NCBI GenBank assembly: GCA_050260255.1
Contig: JBLNBW010000044.1
Coordinates: 16,741-80,740, forward strand
DNA: 64,000 bases
Reading direction: 5' to 3'
Source of the DNA: Rhodospirillaceae bacterium
GTDB taxonomy: Bacteria > Pseudomonadota > Gammaproteobacteria > Burkholderiales > SG8-41
The position numbers were made by a program, and so were the translations under genes. The notes under the pieces were generated by a model, which had not been told where the DNA came from, made no database searches, and worked only from the letters and a program-made list of their open reading frames with translations. This document shows, one piece after another, positions 50,335 to 61,110 of this stretch (position 1 is its first letter; each line of letters starts with the position of its first letter).

Positions 50335-51747
50335 TTGAAACTGACATGGTTCAGCGACCGGGCCTCGGGCGTAGGCGCCTGTCCGGCATGCGGGCACGCC
50401 CACTCCACTCGCGTCTTGAAGATCGAGAATCCGGGGAGCGAGGTCGACGGGGCAGTGCTCTCGCAGTGTAGCAACTGCTCGTCCTGCTTCTACGAGGACG
50501 CCGCCCGTTTCATGGTGAATCACTATACCGAAGACCGCGGCGGCGTGACGCTGGCGCATTATCTTCAGATCGGCGCCGGCATCGATTCCATGTTGCGCCC
50601 GATTCATGCCGTCGAAATGCCGGCCGGCAGTTCGTTGCTTGAAGTCGGCTGCGGTGTGGGATTCTGCGTGGATTACTGGTCGCGCGTTGCAAAAGGCGAG
50701 GCACTGGGCCTGGAGAAGGCGGCGTACGGCAAGGAAGGCGCGCGGCGTCTGGGAGCGAATATACGCGCGGCGTACTTGGGCGAGCCGGGCGCCTTGGACG
50801 GACGCAAATTTGACATCGTCTTCAGCAGTGAAGTGATCGAGCATGTCGCGAATCCTGCGGACTTTCTCCGCCATCTGGCCAGTGCCGCATCCGACAACGG
50901 CGTGGTCGTCTTGACCACACCAGCGGCAAGCTACATACAGCCGAAGAATCCGCAATCCTCGGTTCTCGCGCAGCTCGCACCCGGATTTCACTACTTCGTG
51001 CTGTCGCGCGAGGCACTGGCCGCCTTACTGAGCTCAGCAGGCTTTCGCTTCGTCAACGTTCAGGAGCAAAACGAGCGGCTGGTTGCGTGGGCGAGCAACA
51101 GCCCGTTCCCAGAACCGGACATGAACCGTCTCGGGATGCCCCGTTATCTCGAGTACCTCGAGCTGTTGTCGCAGCGCACCGACAAGGATCTGCGCAGCGG
51201 CGCGCTTTACCGGCTTTTCAAGGAGCTGGTGAATCTCGGCCAGTATGAGAGAGCGCAGGGGGTTTTCGAGGCGCTGCGCGCACTATCGCGCGAGGCCTAC
51301 GATCTCGATATCGTCGATGTGCCCGTCAATCGCGTGCTCCAGACGTCGAGCTTCGAGGAGCACATGAAGCGAGTGCCGGCATGGTTGGGAGGGCTGACCT
51401 ACTACGCCGGCATGCTTTTCGGTAACCACCATCACGACACTCGCAAGCGGCTCACATACTTCGAGGCGGCCACCCGCATACTGCGCCACGAGATCGAGCT
51501 CAACGAGATGTTTGCACAGGAAGCGCAAAGCCTGTTGCAGACGTCGGATTTCCATTATCGCCAGTCGCTCATTGACAACCTGGTTGAGGAATTGCCGCGT
51601 GCCTTGGAGGGCAGCTGGGAGACGCGGCTGCGCGCGGAGTTCGCAAAATTGGCGAACAATCCGTTCGTGGCACCACCCGCGGATGCGGAGCAGCAGCCGC
51701 CCCGAAAAATACGCCTGTTCGGGCGCAAGCGAATGAACGGTGAATGA
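50335..51747 (+). CDS. class I SAM-dependent methyltransferase with an N-terminal Cys4 zinc ribbon and a ~210-aa helical C-terminal extension
   Basis: TTG start with AAGGAG 7 nt upstream. CPACGH...CSNCSSC (zinc ribbon), LLEVGCGVGF (motif I), DIVFSSEVIEHV. The C-terminal half is rich in amphipathic helices. Confidence 0.75.
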   Translation: MKLTWFSDRASGVGACPACGHAHSTRVLKIENPGSEVDGAVLSQCSNCSSCFYEDAARFMVNHYTEDRGGVTLAHYLQIGAGIDSMLRPIHAVEMPAGSSLLEVGCGVGFCVDYWSRVAKGEALGLEKAAYGKEGARRLGANIRAAYLGEPGALDGRKFDIVFSSEVIEHVANPADFLRHLASAASDNGVVVLTTPAASYIQPKNPQSSVLAQLAPGFHYFVLSREALAALLSSAGFRFVNVQEQNERLVAWASNSPFPEPDMNRLGMPRYLEYLELLSQRTDKDLRSGALYRLFKELVNLGQYERAQGVFEALRALSREAYDLDIVDVPVNRVLQTSSFEEHMKRVPAWLGGLTYYAGMLFGNHHHDTRKRLTYFEAATRILRHEIELNEMFAQEAQSLLQTSDFHYRQSLIDNLVEELPRALEGSWETRLRAEFAKLANNPFVAPPADAEQQPPRKIRLFGRKRMNGE

Positions 51748-51771
51748 CATCGCAAAAAGTGAGTCGAGGCA

Positions 51772-52572
51772 ATGAGCGTGTTTAGGCAGCGGCTCGTGGC
51801 CGCCATTCGCGACGTTCGCGACGGCATAGCGAGTATCTACGTGTGGCCGATGCTCGGATGGCTGGAGATCAAGCAGCGCTACCGCCGCTCGACGCTCGGG
51901 CCCTTTTGGCTCACTCTGAGCACGGCCGTCGTGATCCTGGGAATGGGTCCCCTTTACGGCAGGCTGTTCAACCAGGACTTGTCTGCGTACTTTCCGTTTC
52001 TCGCGGTTAGCATCGTCCTGTGGTCGCTCATGAGCACGCTGATTACCGACTCGTGCACTGCATTCATCTCGGCCGAGGGGTACATCAAGGACCTCAAGCT
52101 GCCGTACACCGTGCATGTGCTGCGTATCGTCTGGCGCAATCTCATCATGTTTGCGCACAACCTCATAGCGGTCCTCGTCGTACTGGCAATTTTCCGTCCC
52201 CATTGGGGTCCGAGCCTCGTGCTCGTTCCCGTCGGTGTGCTGCTCATCGCGATAAACGGCGTGTGGTTCGGCATTCTGCTCGGGCTCCTGTGCACGCGTT
52301 TTCGTGACATACCGCAGGTGGTTGCGAGCCTGCTGCAGCTTGCGTTCTTTCTCACGCCCATCTTGTGGAGACCGACGATGCTCGGAAAATACCAGTGGGC
52401 GCTCGACCTCAATCCGCTCTACGTCTTCATGGAAATCGTGCGCGCTCCGTTGCTCGGCGAGGAAACCCGCGTGAAGCTCTGGCTGCTTGCATTGCTCATC
52501 ACGGGAATAGGCTGGGTCATCTCCATGCTATTGTTTGCTCGCTTCCGCACCCGCATCGCATACTGGTTGTAA
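51772..52572 (+). CDS. wzm: ABC-2 type polysaccharide export permease
   Basis: 266 aa, six TM segments. N-terminal LEIKQRYRRSTLGPFW motif. Confidence 0.85.
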   Translation: MSVFRQRLVAAIRDVRDGIASIYVWPMLGWLEIKQRYRRSTLGPFWLTLSTAVVILGMGPLYGRLFNQDLSAYFPFLAVSIVLWSLMSTLITDSCTAFISAEGYIKDLKLPYTVHVLRIVWRNLIMFAHNLIAVLVVLAIFRPHWGPSLVLVPVGVLLIAINGVWFGILLGLLCTRFRDIPQVVASLLQLAFFLTPILWRPTMLGKYQWALDLNPLYVFMEIVRAPLLGEETRVKLWLLALLITGIGWVISMLLFARFRTRIAYWL

Positions 52573-52575
52573 CAG

Positions 52576-53325
52576 ATGGCGCATATCAAAGCCGAGGATG
52601 TCACGGTCGAGTTCCCCATTTACGACGGGGTAAAGAGCCGCTCTCTCAAGAAGCGCTTCATCCATGCAGCGACCGGCGGCCTGGTCGCGCGTGATGTAAG
52701 CGAGCGGGTGGTGATCCGTGCGCTCGACAAGGTGAGCTTCGAATTGAAGGATGGCGATCGCCTCGGACTGGTCGGACACAACGGCTCGGGCAAATCGACG
52801 TTGCTCCGCACTATAGCGGGCGCGTACGAGCCGGTCGGCGGAACGATGCAGGTGACCGGGCGCATCGCCTCGATGCTCAGCATCACCCTCGGGATGGATC
52901 CGGAGGCGACCGGCTACGAGAACATCTTTCTGCGGGCGACGGTGATGGGCTTCAAGCCCCGGGAGATCGCGCCGCTCGTTGATCAGATCGCCGAATTCTC
53001 GGATCTCGGTGAGTACATCAACATGCCGCTGCGCACTTACTCGAGCGGCATGTCGATGCGCCTGGCCTTCGCAATATCGACCAGCGTCGATGCGGATATC
53101 GTTTTAATGGACGAATGGCTGAGCGCTGGAGATGCGGCTTTCGCCGAAAAAGCCCACCAGCGCCTGACTCGCATGATCAGCAAAGCGAAAATTCTCGTCC
53201 TCGCGTCTCATGATGAAAACTTGTTGCGCAATAACTGCAGCCGGATCATGCGTCTGGAGCACGGTCGCATAGCGCACCTGCAGAATATAGAGACGAACGG
53301 GACCGGCGCTGTGGCGACAGCGTAG
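52576..53325 (+). CDS. wzt: polysaccharide export ABC ATPase (NBD only, no C-terminal carbohydrate-binding domain)
   Basis: Walker A GHNGSGKST, signature YSSGMSMRL, Walker B IVLMDE. 249 aa. Confidence 0.9.
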   Translation: MAHIKAEDVTVEFPIYDGVKSRSLKKRFIHAATGGLVARDVSERVVIRALDKVSFELKDGDRLGLVGHNGSGKSTLLRTIAGAYEPVGGTMQVTGRIASMLSITLGMDPEATGYENIFLRATVMGFKPREIAPLVDQIAEFSDLGEYINMPLRTYSSGMSMRLAFAISTSVDADIVLMDEWLSAGDAAFAEKAHQRLTRMISKAKILVLASHDENLLRNNCSRIMRLEHGRIAHLQNIETNGTGAVATA

Positions 53326-53432
53326 TATTCCGGGGCCGCTCGACGGCGCGACGCGAGGCGGCTCCGCGTGCGGCGCTGCTGCGTTACCGCGGGCGAAAAA
53401 AAGGTCGGCAATAGAGGAATACAGAATCAATT

Positions 53433-54554
53433 ATGAGACTTCCGCGTCCACTCCGCCGCTTCGGTCTTTTGCTGCTCGCTCCGATGATGGTCATCATCGT
53501 CGGTTATTACTACGCCATCGCGTACCTGCGATATTGGTTGACGCCGAGGGAGCCGCTGCCGCAATCGGCCCGTGCCGTCACCGCCTCCCATTCGCACATG
53601 GCGATCGTCGCCCTTCATCAGGTAGGCGTGCTCTGCCGGAACTGCGAACAAATGCTCGTCGAACTCGCCGCGCGGGGTGTCGGCCTCATCGTCATCAACA
53701 ACGGTGCGTTACCGGACAGCGAGGCCCGCGGTATACGAGGTCTCGCGCTCATGTACCACGAACGCAAGCCGGGGCTGGGCCGGGATTTCGCCTCCTACAA
53801 GCTCGGGGTGCGCATCATCCAGCACATGATTGAACGAGGCGCTGCGGATCCGACGCGCATCATTTTCGCCAACGATTCGGTACTTGTGCTGCGTGCGCGC
53901 TATCGCGCGTTTCTCGAACGCTTCCTTGCGGAAGCTGCCCCTGTGGTTGGCGTAACGGAAACGACGGAAAAGAACTACCACATATCCTCGTGGTTGTTTT
54001 CGGTATCCCGCGACGTGTGGGAGCAACCCTTTTTCAAGCGTTACTGGGCCAAGCTGCGCCCGATACATTGCAGACTGCACACGATTCGAGCGGGCGAGCT
54101 GCGTTTCTCCGCCATGTTGACGTACAACAAAGTGCCCATCTCGCTCATGTATCCGGCGTCCGTGTTCATCAAGGCGCTCGCGCAGCTGCCCCAGACCAAT
54201 ATAGAAGAGACGCTGCAGTATCTGCCCTACGGGTTCCTTCGGGCTGAGCCCGGCGTCCTTGCGGCAGAAAAGTTCAAGGACGTCCGATGGACTCTGCTCG
54301 CCGCGCAGCACGGCATCAATCAGACGGCCTTCTGGCAGCTCGCCGGCCTTTTGCACGTCGATTTTCCTTTCGTGAAGAAGGACGTCTATTACCGGGGCGT
54401 CTTTTCGCTCACGCAGATGCGCCTTTTTTTCGACGCGTTCAACGGCCTGCCGGAAGCGGACAAGCAATACATCATGGACAAGGTCATGGCAGTGAGGGAT
54501 CCGCACACCTTCCGGCCACTGGAGAAGCTGCGGTACCTCGCCGGCCTCGAATGA
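53433..54554 (+). CDS. RgpF-like (rhamnan synthesis protein F family) glycosyltransferase, N-terminally membrane anchored
   Basis: TM segment FGLLLLAPMMVIIVGYYYAIAYL. GRDFASYK, IFANDSV, YHISSWLF and YWAKLRP resemble the blocks I remember for proteobacterial RgpF-like proteins. Confidence 0.6.
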   Translation: MRLPRPLRRFGLLLLAPMMVIIVGYYYAIAYLRYWLTPREPLPQSARAVTASHSHMAIVALHQVGVLCRNCEQMLVELAARGVGLIVINNGALPDSEARGIRGLALMYHERKPGLGRDFASYKLGVRIIQHMIERGAADPTRIIFANDSVLVLRARYRAFLERFLAEAAPVVGVTETTEKNYHISSWLFSVSRDVWEQPFFKRYWAKLRPIHCRLHTIRAGELRFSAMLTYNKVPISLMYPASVFIKALAQLPQTNIEETLQYLPYGFLRAEPGVLAAEKFKDVRWTLLAAQHGINQTAFWQLAGLLHVDFPFVKKDVYYRGVFSLTQMRLFFDAFNGLPEADKQYIMDKVMAVRDPHTFRPLEKLRYLAGLE

Positions 54555-55561
54555 GCGAAGCACGCGTGGAGCCTTACCGACCGGCCAGCGGCGAATCAGC
54601 CGCCATCGTCATCGTGAACTGGAACGGCGGCGGACTGCTCCATCGATGCCTCGCCGCCGTGTCGGCGCAAACGGTGCCGCCTGCACGCGTGCTCATCGTG
54701 GACAACGCGAGCACCGACGGATCTTGCGACGATCTCGCCGCTCGCTATCCGCAGGTCGAACTGATCAAGCTCGACCGGAATGTCGGCTTCGCCGCTGCCA
54801 ACAATGTCGCAGCGTCGCGTGCGACGGACTGCAAGTGGCTTGCGTTGCTCAACCCGGACGCTTTTCCAGACCCAAGCTGGCTCGAGGCGCTTTTGCTCGC
54901 AGCAAGCAAGCACCCGAACGATGTGTGCTTTGGTTCCAGGCTGCTGCAGGCCGATGCGCCGCAAATGCTCGATGGCGTGGGGGATGTCTATCACTTCAGC
55001 GGTCTCGTATGGCGCGAGGCGAGGGGCCGCACCATGTCCGACCGGTACCTTAAGGAGCGCGAGATCTTCTCACCCTGTGCCGCGGCCGCACTCTACCGAC
55101 GCGACGTCTTCGTCGCGCTCGGCGGCTTCGACGAGGACTACTTCTGCTACGTCGAAGACGTCGATTTCGGCTTCCGGCTAAGGCTTATGGGTCACCGCTG
55201 CCTGTACGTGCCGGGCGCCGTCGTGCTGCACAAGGGGTCGGCGCTCTCGGGCCGGCGGAGCGAGTTCGCGATTTATCACGGCCATCGCAATTTGATGTGG
55301 ACGTTCGTGAAAAACATGCCGGGTGCCTTGTTCTGGCTTCTGCTGCCCGTGCACGTGATCGTTGAAGTGGTGACCGTTTTGCTGCTCGCGTGCCTGGGTC
55401 ACGGTCGGGTGGCGCTGAGGGCGAAGATCGACGCGCTCCGTGGGCTGCCCCACATATGGAAAAAGCGCACTGCCCTGCAATCGGCACGCGTCGTGCGGCC
55501 AGTAGACCTCGCCCGCGCACTGCATCTGTCGATCAGGCGTTCCGACCTGTCGCTAAGGTAG
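54551..55561 (+). CDS. glycosyltransferase family 2
   Basis: ATGA overlap with the upstream gene. [41 protein letters not shown], and a C-terminal TM segment. Confidence 0.85.
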   Translation: MSEARVEPYRPASGESAAIVIVNWNGGGLLHRCLAAVSAQTVPPARVLIVDNASTDGSCDDLAARYPQVELIKLDRNVGFAAANNVAASRATDCKWLALLNPDAFPDPSWLEALLLAASKHPNDVCFGSRLLQADAPQMLDGVGDVYHFSGLVWREARGRTMSDRYLKEREIFSPCAAAALYRRDVFVALGGFDEDYFCYVEDVDFGFRLRLMGHRCLYVPGAVVLHKGSALSGRRSEFAIYHGHRNLMWTFVKNMPGALFWLLLPVHVIVEVVTVLLLACLGHGRVALRAKIDALRGLPHIWKKRTALQSARVVRPVDLARALHLSIRRSDLSLR

Positions 55562-55694
55562 CTTCCCCACCGCCGCCATATCGACGGCTTTGACCCTTCC
55601 TCGCGCTTCGCCGCTTTTCAAACCAGAAGCGCGATCGAGGCGCCGGTTCGTGTTTGCTTTATACTTCGGGCGCTTATTCGACGAAGTACTACTG

Positions 55695-56654
55695 ATGAAA
55701 ATCGCCAACAGAAAAAGGGTGCTTGTCACCGGGGGAGCCGGATTCCTGGGTTCGCACTTGTGCGAGCGCCTGCTCAACGACGGCTGTGACGTCCTCTGCG
55801 CCGACAACTTCTACAGCGGAACGAAGGACAATATCGCGCACATGATCGGCAATCCGCGCTTCGAGCTGATTCGGCACGATGTGACCTTTCCGCTGTACGT
55901 GGAGGTCGACGAGATCTTCAATCTCGCATGCCCCGCGTCGCCGGTTCACTATCAATTCGACCCGGTGCAGACCACTAAAACCAGCGTGCACGGTGCCATC
56001 AACATGCTGGGATTAGCAAAGCGCGTGCATGCGAAGATTTTCCAGGCATCGACGAGCGAGGTTTACGGCGACCCGACCGTTCATCCCCAGACCGAAGCGT
56101 ACTGGGGCAATGTGAACCCGATCGGCATCCGCTCGTGTTACGACGAAGGCAAGCGCTGCGCCGAAACGTTGTTTTTCGATTACTACCGCCAGCATGGCGT
56201 CACCATCAAGGTCGCACGGATCTTCAACACCTATGGTCCGCGGATGCATCCCAACGACGGCCGGGTCGTATCGAACTTCATCGTTCAGGCTCTGCGGGGC
56301 GAGGACGTCACTATTTATGGCGACGGCTCCCAAACCCGCTCGTTCTGCTACGTCGACGACCTCATCGACGCCTTTGTGCGTTTCATGGCGACCGATAGAG
56401 ACTTGCCGGGCCCCATTAACCTCGGTAATCCGGCAGAGTTCACCATCCGGGAGCTCGCCGAACTGGTCATCGAGCTCACCGGCTCGCGCTCGCGCCTGGT
56501 CGTAAAGCCGCTGCCTTCGGACGATCCCAAGCAGCGCCAGCCCGACATCACGCTTGCGCGCGAAAAGCTCTCGTGGGAGCCGAAAACTGCACTACACGTA
56601 GGCCTGCGACGTACCATCGGGTATTTCAAGGACCTGCTGGCTGGTAATGCCTGA
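55695..56654 (+). CDS. uxs: UDP-glucuronate decarboxylase (UDP-xylose synthase)
   Basis: ORF trimmed to [36 protein letters not shown]. Also STSEVYGDP and YDEGKR. Confidence 0.9.
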   Translation: MKIANRKRVLVTGGAGFLGSHLCERLLNDGCDVLCADNFYSGTKDNIAHMIGNPRFELIRHDVTFPLYVEVDEIFNLACPASPVHYQFDPVQTTKTSVHGAINMLGLAKRVHAKIFQASTSEVYGDPTVHPQTEAYWGNVNPIGIRSCYDEGKRCAETLFFDYYRQHGVTIKVARIFNTYGPRMHPNDGRVVSNFIVQALRGEDVTIYGDGSQTRSFCYVDDLIDAFVRFMATDRDLPGPINLGNPAEFTIRELAELVIELTGSRSRLVVKPLPSDDPKQRQPDITLAREKLSWEPKTALHVGLRRTIGYFKDLLAGNA

Positions 56655-56720
56655 TGCGTCGTCCCCGCTGCGCCGCACGCGCGGCAGCTCACGTGAACCA
56701 AACGCCTGCATATTGATTCC

Positions 56721-57725
56721 ATGAACAAAATACTCGTCACCGGTGGCGCTGGGTATATCGGCTCACACACCGTCGTTGAGCTGCTCGATCGCGGCTGGGA
56801 TGTCATCGTCCTCGATAATTTTGCCGGCAGCAGACGCAGTGTCATCGAACGACTCAAGCAAATCGCAAAGCGGAGCTTCGACCTGGTTGAAGCCGACGTG
56901 CGCGACAAGAGCGCAATCGACTCGGTGTTCAGCACGCACCCTATCGACGCCGTAATCCATTTCGCAGCGCTGAAGGCGGTCGGCGAATCGTTCGACCTGC
57001 CGCTCGACTACTACGAAACCAATGTAGCGGGGACACTCAATGTGCTGAAGGCCATGCGCGATCACGGCGTGAAGCGCTTCGTGTTCAGTTCGTCGGCAAC
57101 CGTATACGGCCATCCACGCGAGAACCCGATTCGCGAGGATTTTCCGTTATGCGCTACCAATCCTTACGGCCGCACCAAAATCGTCGTCGAGGACGTGTTG
57201 CGCGACGTTTACGCTTCGGACAAAACCTGGAGCATCGCCCTGCTGCGTTACTTCAACCCGACCGGGGCGCACAGCAGCGGACTCATAGGGGAAAACCCGC
57301 GCGGTATTCCGAACAACTTGATGCCGTACATCGCGCAAGTCGCCTCGGGGCGCCTGTCGCAACTGACCGTCTTTGGAAACGACTATCCGACCGCGGACGG
57401 CACCGGCGTGCGCGACTACATACACGTCGTCGATCTCGCGATAGGGCATGTCAAAGCGCTCGAGCTGCTCAACAGCGGGCCCGGGCTTCGTACATACAAT
57501 TTGGGCACCGGCCGCGGCTACAGCGTGATGGAAATGATCGCCGCATTCGAGACCGCTACGGGCAGTCCCATTCCGTACAAAGTGGTCGGACGCCGCCCGG
57601 GTGATATCGCGACCTGCTATGCCGATCCCACACTCGCCCAGAATGAGATGGGCTGGAAAGCGCAACGTGGCATCGTCGAGATGTGCGCCGATGCCTGGCG
57701 CTGGCAACAGAATTGTCCCGACTGA
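56721..57725 (+). CDS. galE: UDP-glucose 4-epimerase
   Basis: MNKILVTGGAGYIGSHT, SSSATVYG, YGRTK and DYIHVVDLA motifs. Confidence 0.9.
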   Translation: MNKILVTGGAGYIGSHTVVELLDRGWDVIVLDNFAGSRRSVIERLKQIAKRSFDLVEADVRDKSAIDSVFSTHPIDAVIHFAALKAVGESFDLPLDYYETNVAGTLNVLKAMRDHGVKRFVFSSSATVYGHPRENPIREDFPLCATNPYGRTKIVVEDVLRDVYASDKTWSIALLRYFNPTGAHSSGLIGENPRGIPNNLMPYIAQVASGRLSQLTVFGNDYPTADGTGVRDYIHVVDLAIGHVKALELLNSGPGLRTYNLGTGRGYSVMEMIAAFETATGSPIPYKVVGRRPGDIATCYADPTLAQNEMGWKAQRGIVEMCADAWRWQQNCPD

Positions 57726-57749
57726 GGAGCCGACGGCGTGAGGGCCTAC

Positions 57750-58925
57750 TTAGCGCCGGCCAAGGCCCGGGCGCACGACCATACGTTTGCGGCGCCGCGC
57801 ATTTCCACTGTTGAGTAGAGATTCGTAAAGACGCAACGTCGCGTCGATCACGATGCCGCTGTGGAACTCCTGTTCCGCACGGCGACGCCCCGCGGCGCCA
57901 TAGCGTGCGCGGCGACCGGGATTGGCGATAAGCTCTGCCAGCGCGCGCGCCAGCGCCGCCGCATCCCGCGGTGGCACGAGGATTCCGTTCTCGCCGTTCT
58001 TGACCAGTTCCCGGCATCCCGGAACATCGGTCGTCACGATCGGACGGCCAGCAGCGAGTGCTTCGACGAGCGCCTTCGGCAATCCCTCGCGGTAGGACGG
58101 CAGGCATACGATGTGACTCGCCGCGAGGAGCTCCGGTATGTCGGTCCGGTAGCCCAGCCAGTCCACGATCCCCTCGTCGCGCCAGCGCATGAGCTGTTCC
58201 GGTGGAATGCTGGCGGGGTTGCCGGCGTCGGGCGCTCCGATGAGTACAAAACGAGCAGCAACGCCTTGTGCGCGCAGCAGACGCGCTGCCTGCACGAATT
58301 CGCCCACTCCCTTGTCCCACAACATACGCGCCGTCAGCACGACGGTCGGTGTCCCGGGCGGCTCGGCCGCGACGCGAAACCGCGACAGCTCCACGCCGCT
58401 ACCAGGCACGAGCGCGGCGTCGCCTCTATGCACGAGTCCACGATCAACGAAATGTTCGAGATCGTCCCGATTCTCGAAGACGACGCGGCTGCCGGGCGGA
58501 TTCATGAGCCAACGCATGGCGCCGAGGATTACACGCCGGAGGAGCCACGTGTTGACACCCGCGGAGGTGAATGCGTAGCCCAATCCCACCGGTGCGTTGA
58601 CCACGCGCGCGATCCCCGTGATGCGGGCTGCAAGCGAGCCGTAGATGATCGGCTTCAGCGCAATGTGATGCACGATGTGCGGCCGTTCGCTCGCATAGAT
58701 GCGACAGACCTGGAGCAACGTGCGCAACTCGCGCAGAGGATTCGTGCTGCGCCGTTCGATCTTGAGTGGCAACAGCCTCAAGCCGGCCTCGCGTATGCGT
58801 CCGCCGTGCTCGCTTTCGCGGGCAGCGATCACAACATCGTACCCGGCTGCTTTCGCCGACCGCGCATGATCGATGAAGTGCGAGCAGAAGAACCAGTCTT
58901 CGGTTATGAGATAGAGCAGCTTCAT
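57750..58925 (-). CDS. glycosyltransferase family 4 (GT-B)
   Basis: ORF trimmed to MKLLYLITEDWFF. PSYREGLPKALVEALAAGRPIVTTDVPG is an EX7E motif. Confidence 0.85.
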   Translation of the reverse strand: MKLLYLITEDWFFCSHFIDHARSAKAAGYDVVIAARESEHGGRIREAGLRLLPLKIERRSTNPLRELRTLLQVCRIYASERPHIVHHIALKPIIYGSLAARITGIARVVNAPVGLGYAFTSAGVNTWLLRRVILGAMRWLMNPPGSRVVFENRDDLEHFVDRGLVHRGDAALVPGSGVELSRFRVAAEPPGTPTVVLTARMLWDKGVGEFVQAARLLRAQGVAARFVLIGAPDAGNPASIPPEQLMRWRDEGIVDWLGYRTDIPELLAASHIVCLPSYREGLPKALVEALAAGRPIVTTDVPGCRELVKNGENGILVPPRDAAALARALAELIANPGRRARYGAAGRRRAEQEFHSGIVIDATLRLYESLLNSGNARRRKRMVVRPGLGRR

Positions 58926-59815
58926 GATTTTGTCGAAGCACCGGCCGATAAGCACGAGTTTAACTGCGCCAGGACCTCCGCTGAAACAGCATGTCGGGCA
59001 GTCCCCATGTACGGTTTCTCGAAGCCCGCGGCACAGGCGACATCCGCCGCCATCTTGGCACATGCGAGGACGGCCGCGCGCACCCCATTGAGCAATTCAC
59101 GGCGCTCGAAAAAAATACGAAGCTGCGCGCGGAGCAATGACCGCCGTGCCGCAAACGCGCTGCTCAATCGAAAAGCGTTCAGCCGGTAACCGAGAAGCAC
59201 TTCGTCCAGGCAGGCAAAGCGACTCACCGGATAAGCGCGCAAGAGCAGTTCCTGGTCCTCGGCGCGCGGCACGGGCCGGTAGAGATGGCGTTCGAACCAC
59301 GCCCGGCGACCCATCCAGCCCGGGTGCGGAAGCGGAATGTGACTCCATGGACGCTTGCACAGCGCTTCATGCGTCGGCGCAAAGGGCAGGATGCCGAGCA
59401 CTGCGCCATCTTCACGGAAGGCGACCGCTTTGCAGCCCACCAGATCGACGTCGGGATGCGCGTCGAGGAAGGCCACCTGCCGTCCCAGCCGCAACGGAAA
59501 GCTCACGTCGTCGGCATCCATGCGGGCGATATAACGACCGCGGGCGAGCGCGATGCCCTGATTGAGGCGCGCCACCAGCCCGCGCTCGGACGTCGGACCG
59601 ATGTACCGCACCCGAGCATCGCAAAGCGCAGTCACCAGATCGGGGGTGCCGTCGCGTGAGTGATCGTCCAGCACGAGGAGCTCCCAATTGGTGAACTGCT
59701 GAGCCAGCACCGACGTGATCGCGCTTCCGAGCGTCAGCGCGGCGTTATAAGACGGCAGAAGGATCGACACGACGGGCGTGCCCGCGGCGCTACCCGCGGC
59801 CTCGCTACGTGGCAT
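58922..59815 (-). CDS. glycosyltransferase family 2
   Basis: VSILLPSYNAALTL, VLDDHSRDGT and ARMDADD motifs. ATGA overlap with the downstream GT4 gene. Confidence 0.85.
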   Translation of the reverse strand: MPRSEAAGSAAGTPVVSILLPSYNAALTLGSAITSVLAQQFTNWELLVLDDHSRDGTPDLVTALCDARVRYIGPTSERGLVARLNQGIALARGRYIARMDADDVSFPLRLGRQVAFLDAHPDVDLVGCKAVAFREDGAVLGILPFAPTHEALCKRPWSHIPLPHPGWMGRRAWFERHLYRPVPRAEDQELLLRAYPVSRFACLDEVLLGYRLNAFRLSSAFAARRSLLRAQLRIFFERRELLNGVRAAVLACAKMAADVACAAGFEKPYMGTARHAVSAEVLAQLNSCLSAGASTKS

Positions 59816-61091
59816 GCTCGCTCCTTCGCGTGTCCACCGGCGCAAGCAGCGCCTCGTATTGCGCGGCAATCGTTGCCCACGTAAAGCGCTCACGCCAAGC
59901 ACGTCGGCCAGCCTCGCCGAGTTCGCGCAATCGCTGCAGGTCGCTCATCGCCTCCCGCATCTTCATCGATAGCACGCGGGGATCGACTCGCGTATAGCCG
60001 CGTCCGTCGCACGGCGCCGGACATATCATGCCGGCGCCGGTCCAGCGTGCGATTTCCTCGGCATTGCCCGCCGGCACGCTGAGAAACGGCGTCCCGGCGG
60101 CGGCCGCTTCGAACAGCACCAACGGCGAGTACTCGATGTGCGACGCGAAGACGAACAGATCTGCCGCCATGTAAGCCTGGACCAGCGCTTCGCGGGGCAG
60201 TTCGAGGGCGAGCACGCGCTTGCCCGGCTGTGCCCCCGCGTGTTCGGTCCACCGCGTAATCGGCTCAGGCTTGAACGCCTCGAGCGCCCGCTTCGCGGCG
60301 GCGACCGGCCCCAGCCGCCGCAAGGCCCGCACTGCGCGCGTCGTGAACCGCGCCGCTTGCACGCCGCCCAGCGCCGCGGCGCGGGGCACGGGCCGGTTGC
60401 CGTTGAGGATGAGAACGGTTGGCTGATCGGCGGCCAGCAGCGCGTACGCCTCGGCAACCTCGGCATGGCCCTTGAGCCCGGTATAGGCGCCGACGGTAAG
60501 GAACAGGAAACTCTCTTCCGGTATGCCGTAGCGTGCGCGAAAGCCGCTATCGCGCGGCACCGAGAACTCGGTCTCGCTGGCCCCGTTCGGCACGACGCTC
60601 CAGTGGGTAAGACCATGGTCGCGCGCGAAATCGATGTCGCGATAGCGTTCGGCATAGAAGATAAGATGATCGAACTTCTTCAGCACCCCCGGCATTTGCG
60701 CATAGTAATCCCGGTAGTCGGGCTCCTTGAGGCCCGAGAAGCCGCACGGCACAAACACCTTGCGTGCGCGAATTCGGTCGAGCACTGGCCACAGTGCGTC
60801 AAACGTCCATTGCTGTGCCGCCTTCACGAGAATGGCGTCACCGTCGAAAGCGGCGACGTACTCGCGATAACGCTCGACCTCCCCCGTGCACCCGTAAACG
60901 GCGTTGCCCGCGACGTCGAACTCTTCGATCCGCACGCCGTTGTGCACCAGCGCGCGGCGCTCGGGGAGCCGCGTCGTCGCGACCACGACCTCGTGGCCTC
61001 GCTGCACCAGCCGCTCGGCAATCTCGCGCATCACGACCTGAACGCCGCCCAGGCTCGGATGGTAGAACTCGCAGCAGATCAGCACGCGCAT
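59805..61091 (-). CDS. glycosyltransferase family 4-like (GT-B)
   Basis: ORF trimmed to MRVLICCEFYHPSLGGVQ. ASHIEYSPLVLFEAAAAGTPFL is an EX7E-like motif. Confidence 0.75.
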   Translation of the reverse strand: MRVLICCEFYHPSLGGVQVVMREIAERLVQRGHEVVVATTRLPERRALVHNGVRIEEFDVAGNAVYGCTGEVERYREYVAAFDGDAILVKAAQQWTFDALWPVLDRIRARKVFVPCGFSGLKEPDYRDYYAQMPGVLKKFDHLIFYAERYRDIDFARDHGLTHWSVVPNGASETEFSVPRDSGFRARYGIPEESFLFLTVGAYTGLKGHAEVAEAYALLAADQPTVLILNGNRPVPRAAALGGVQAARFTTRAVRALRRLGPVAAAKRALEAFKPEPITRWTEHAGAQPGKRVLALELPREALVQAYMAADLFVFASHIEYSPLVLFEAAAAGTPFLSVPAGNAEEIARWTGAGMICPAPCDGRGYTRVDPRVLSMKMREAMSDLQRLRELGEAGRRAWRERFTWATIAAQYEALLAPVDTRRSEHAT

Positions 61092-61110
61092 GAAGTCGGC
61101 CCTCCCGCCG

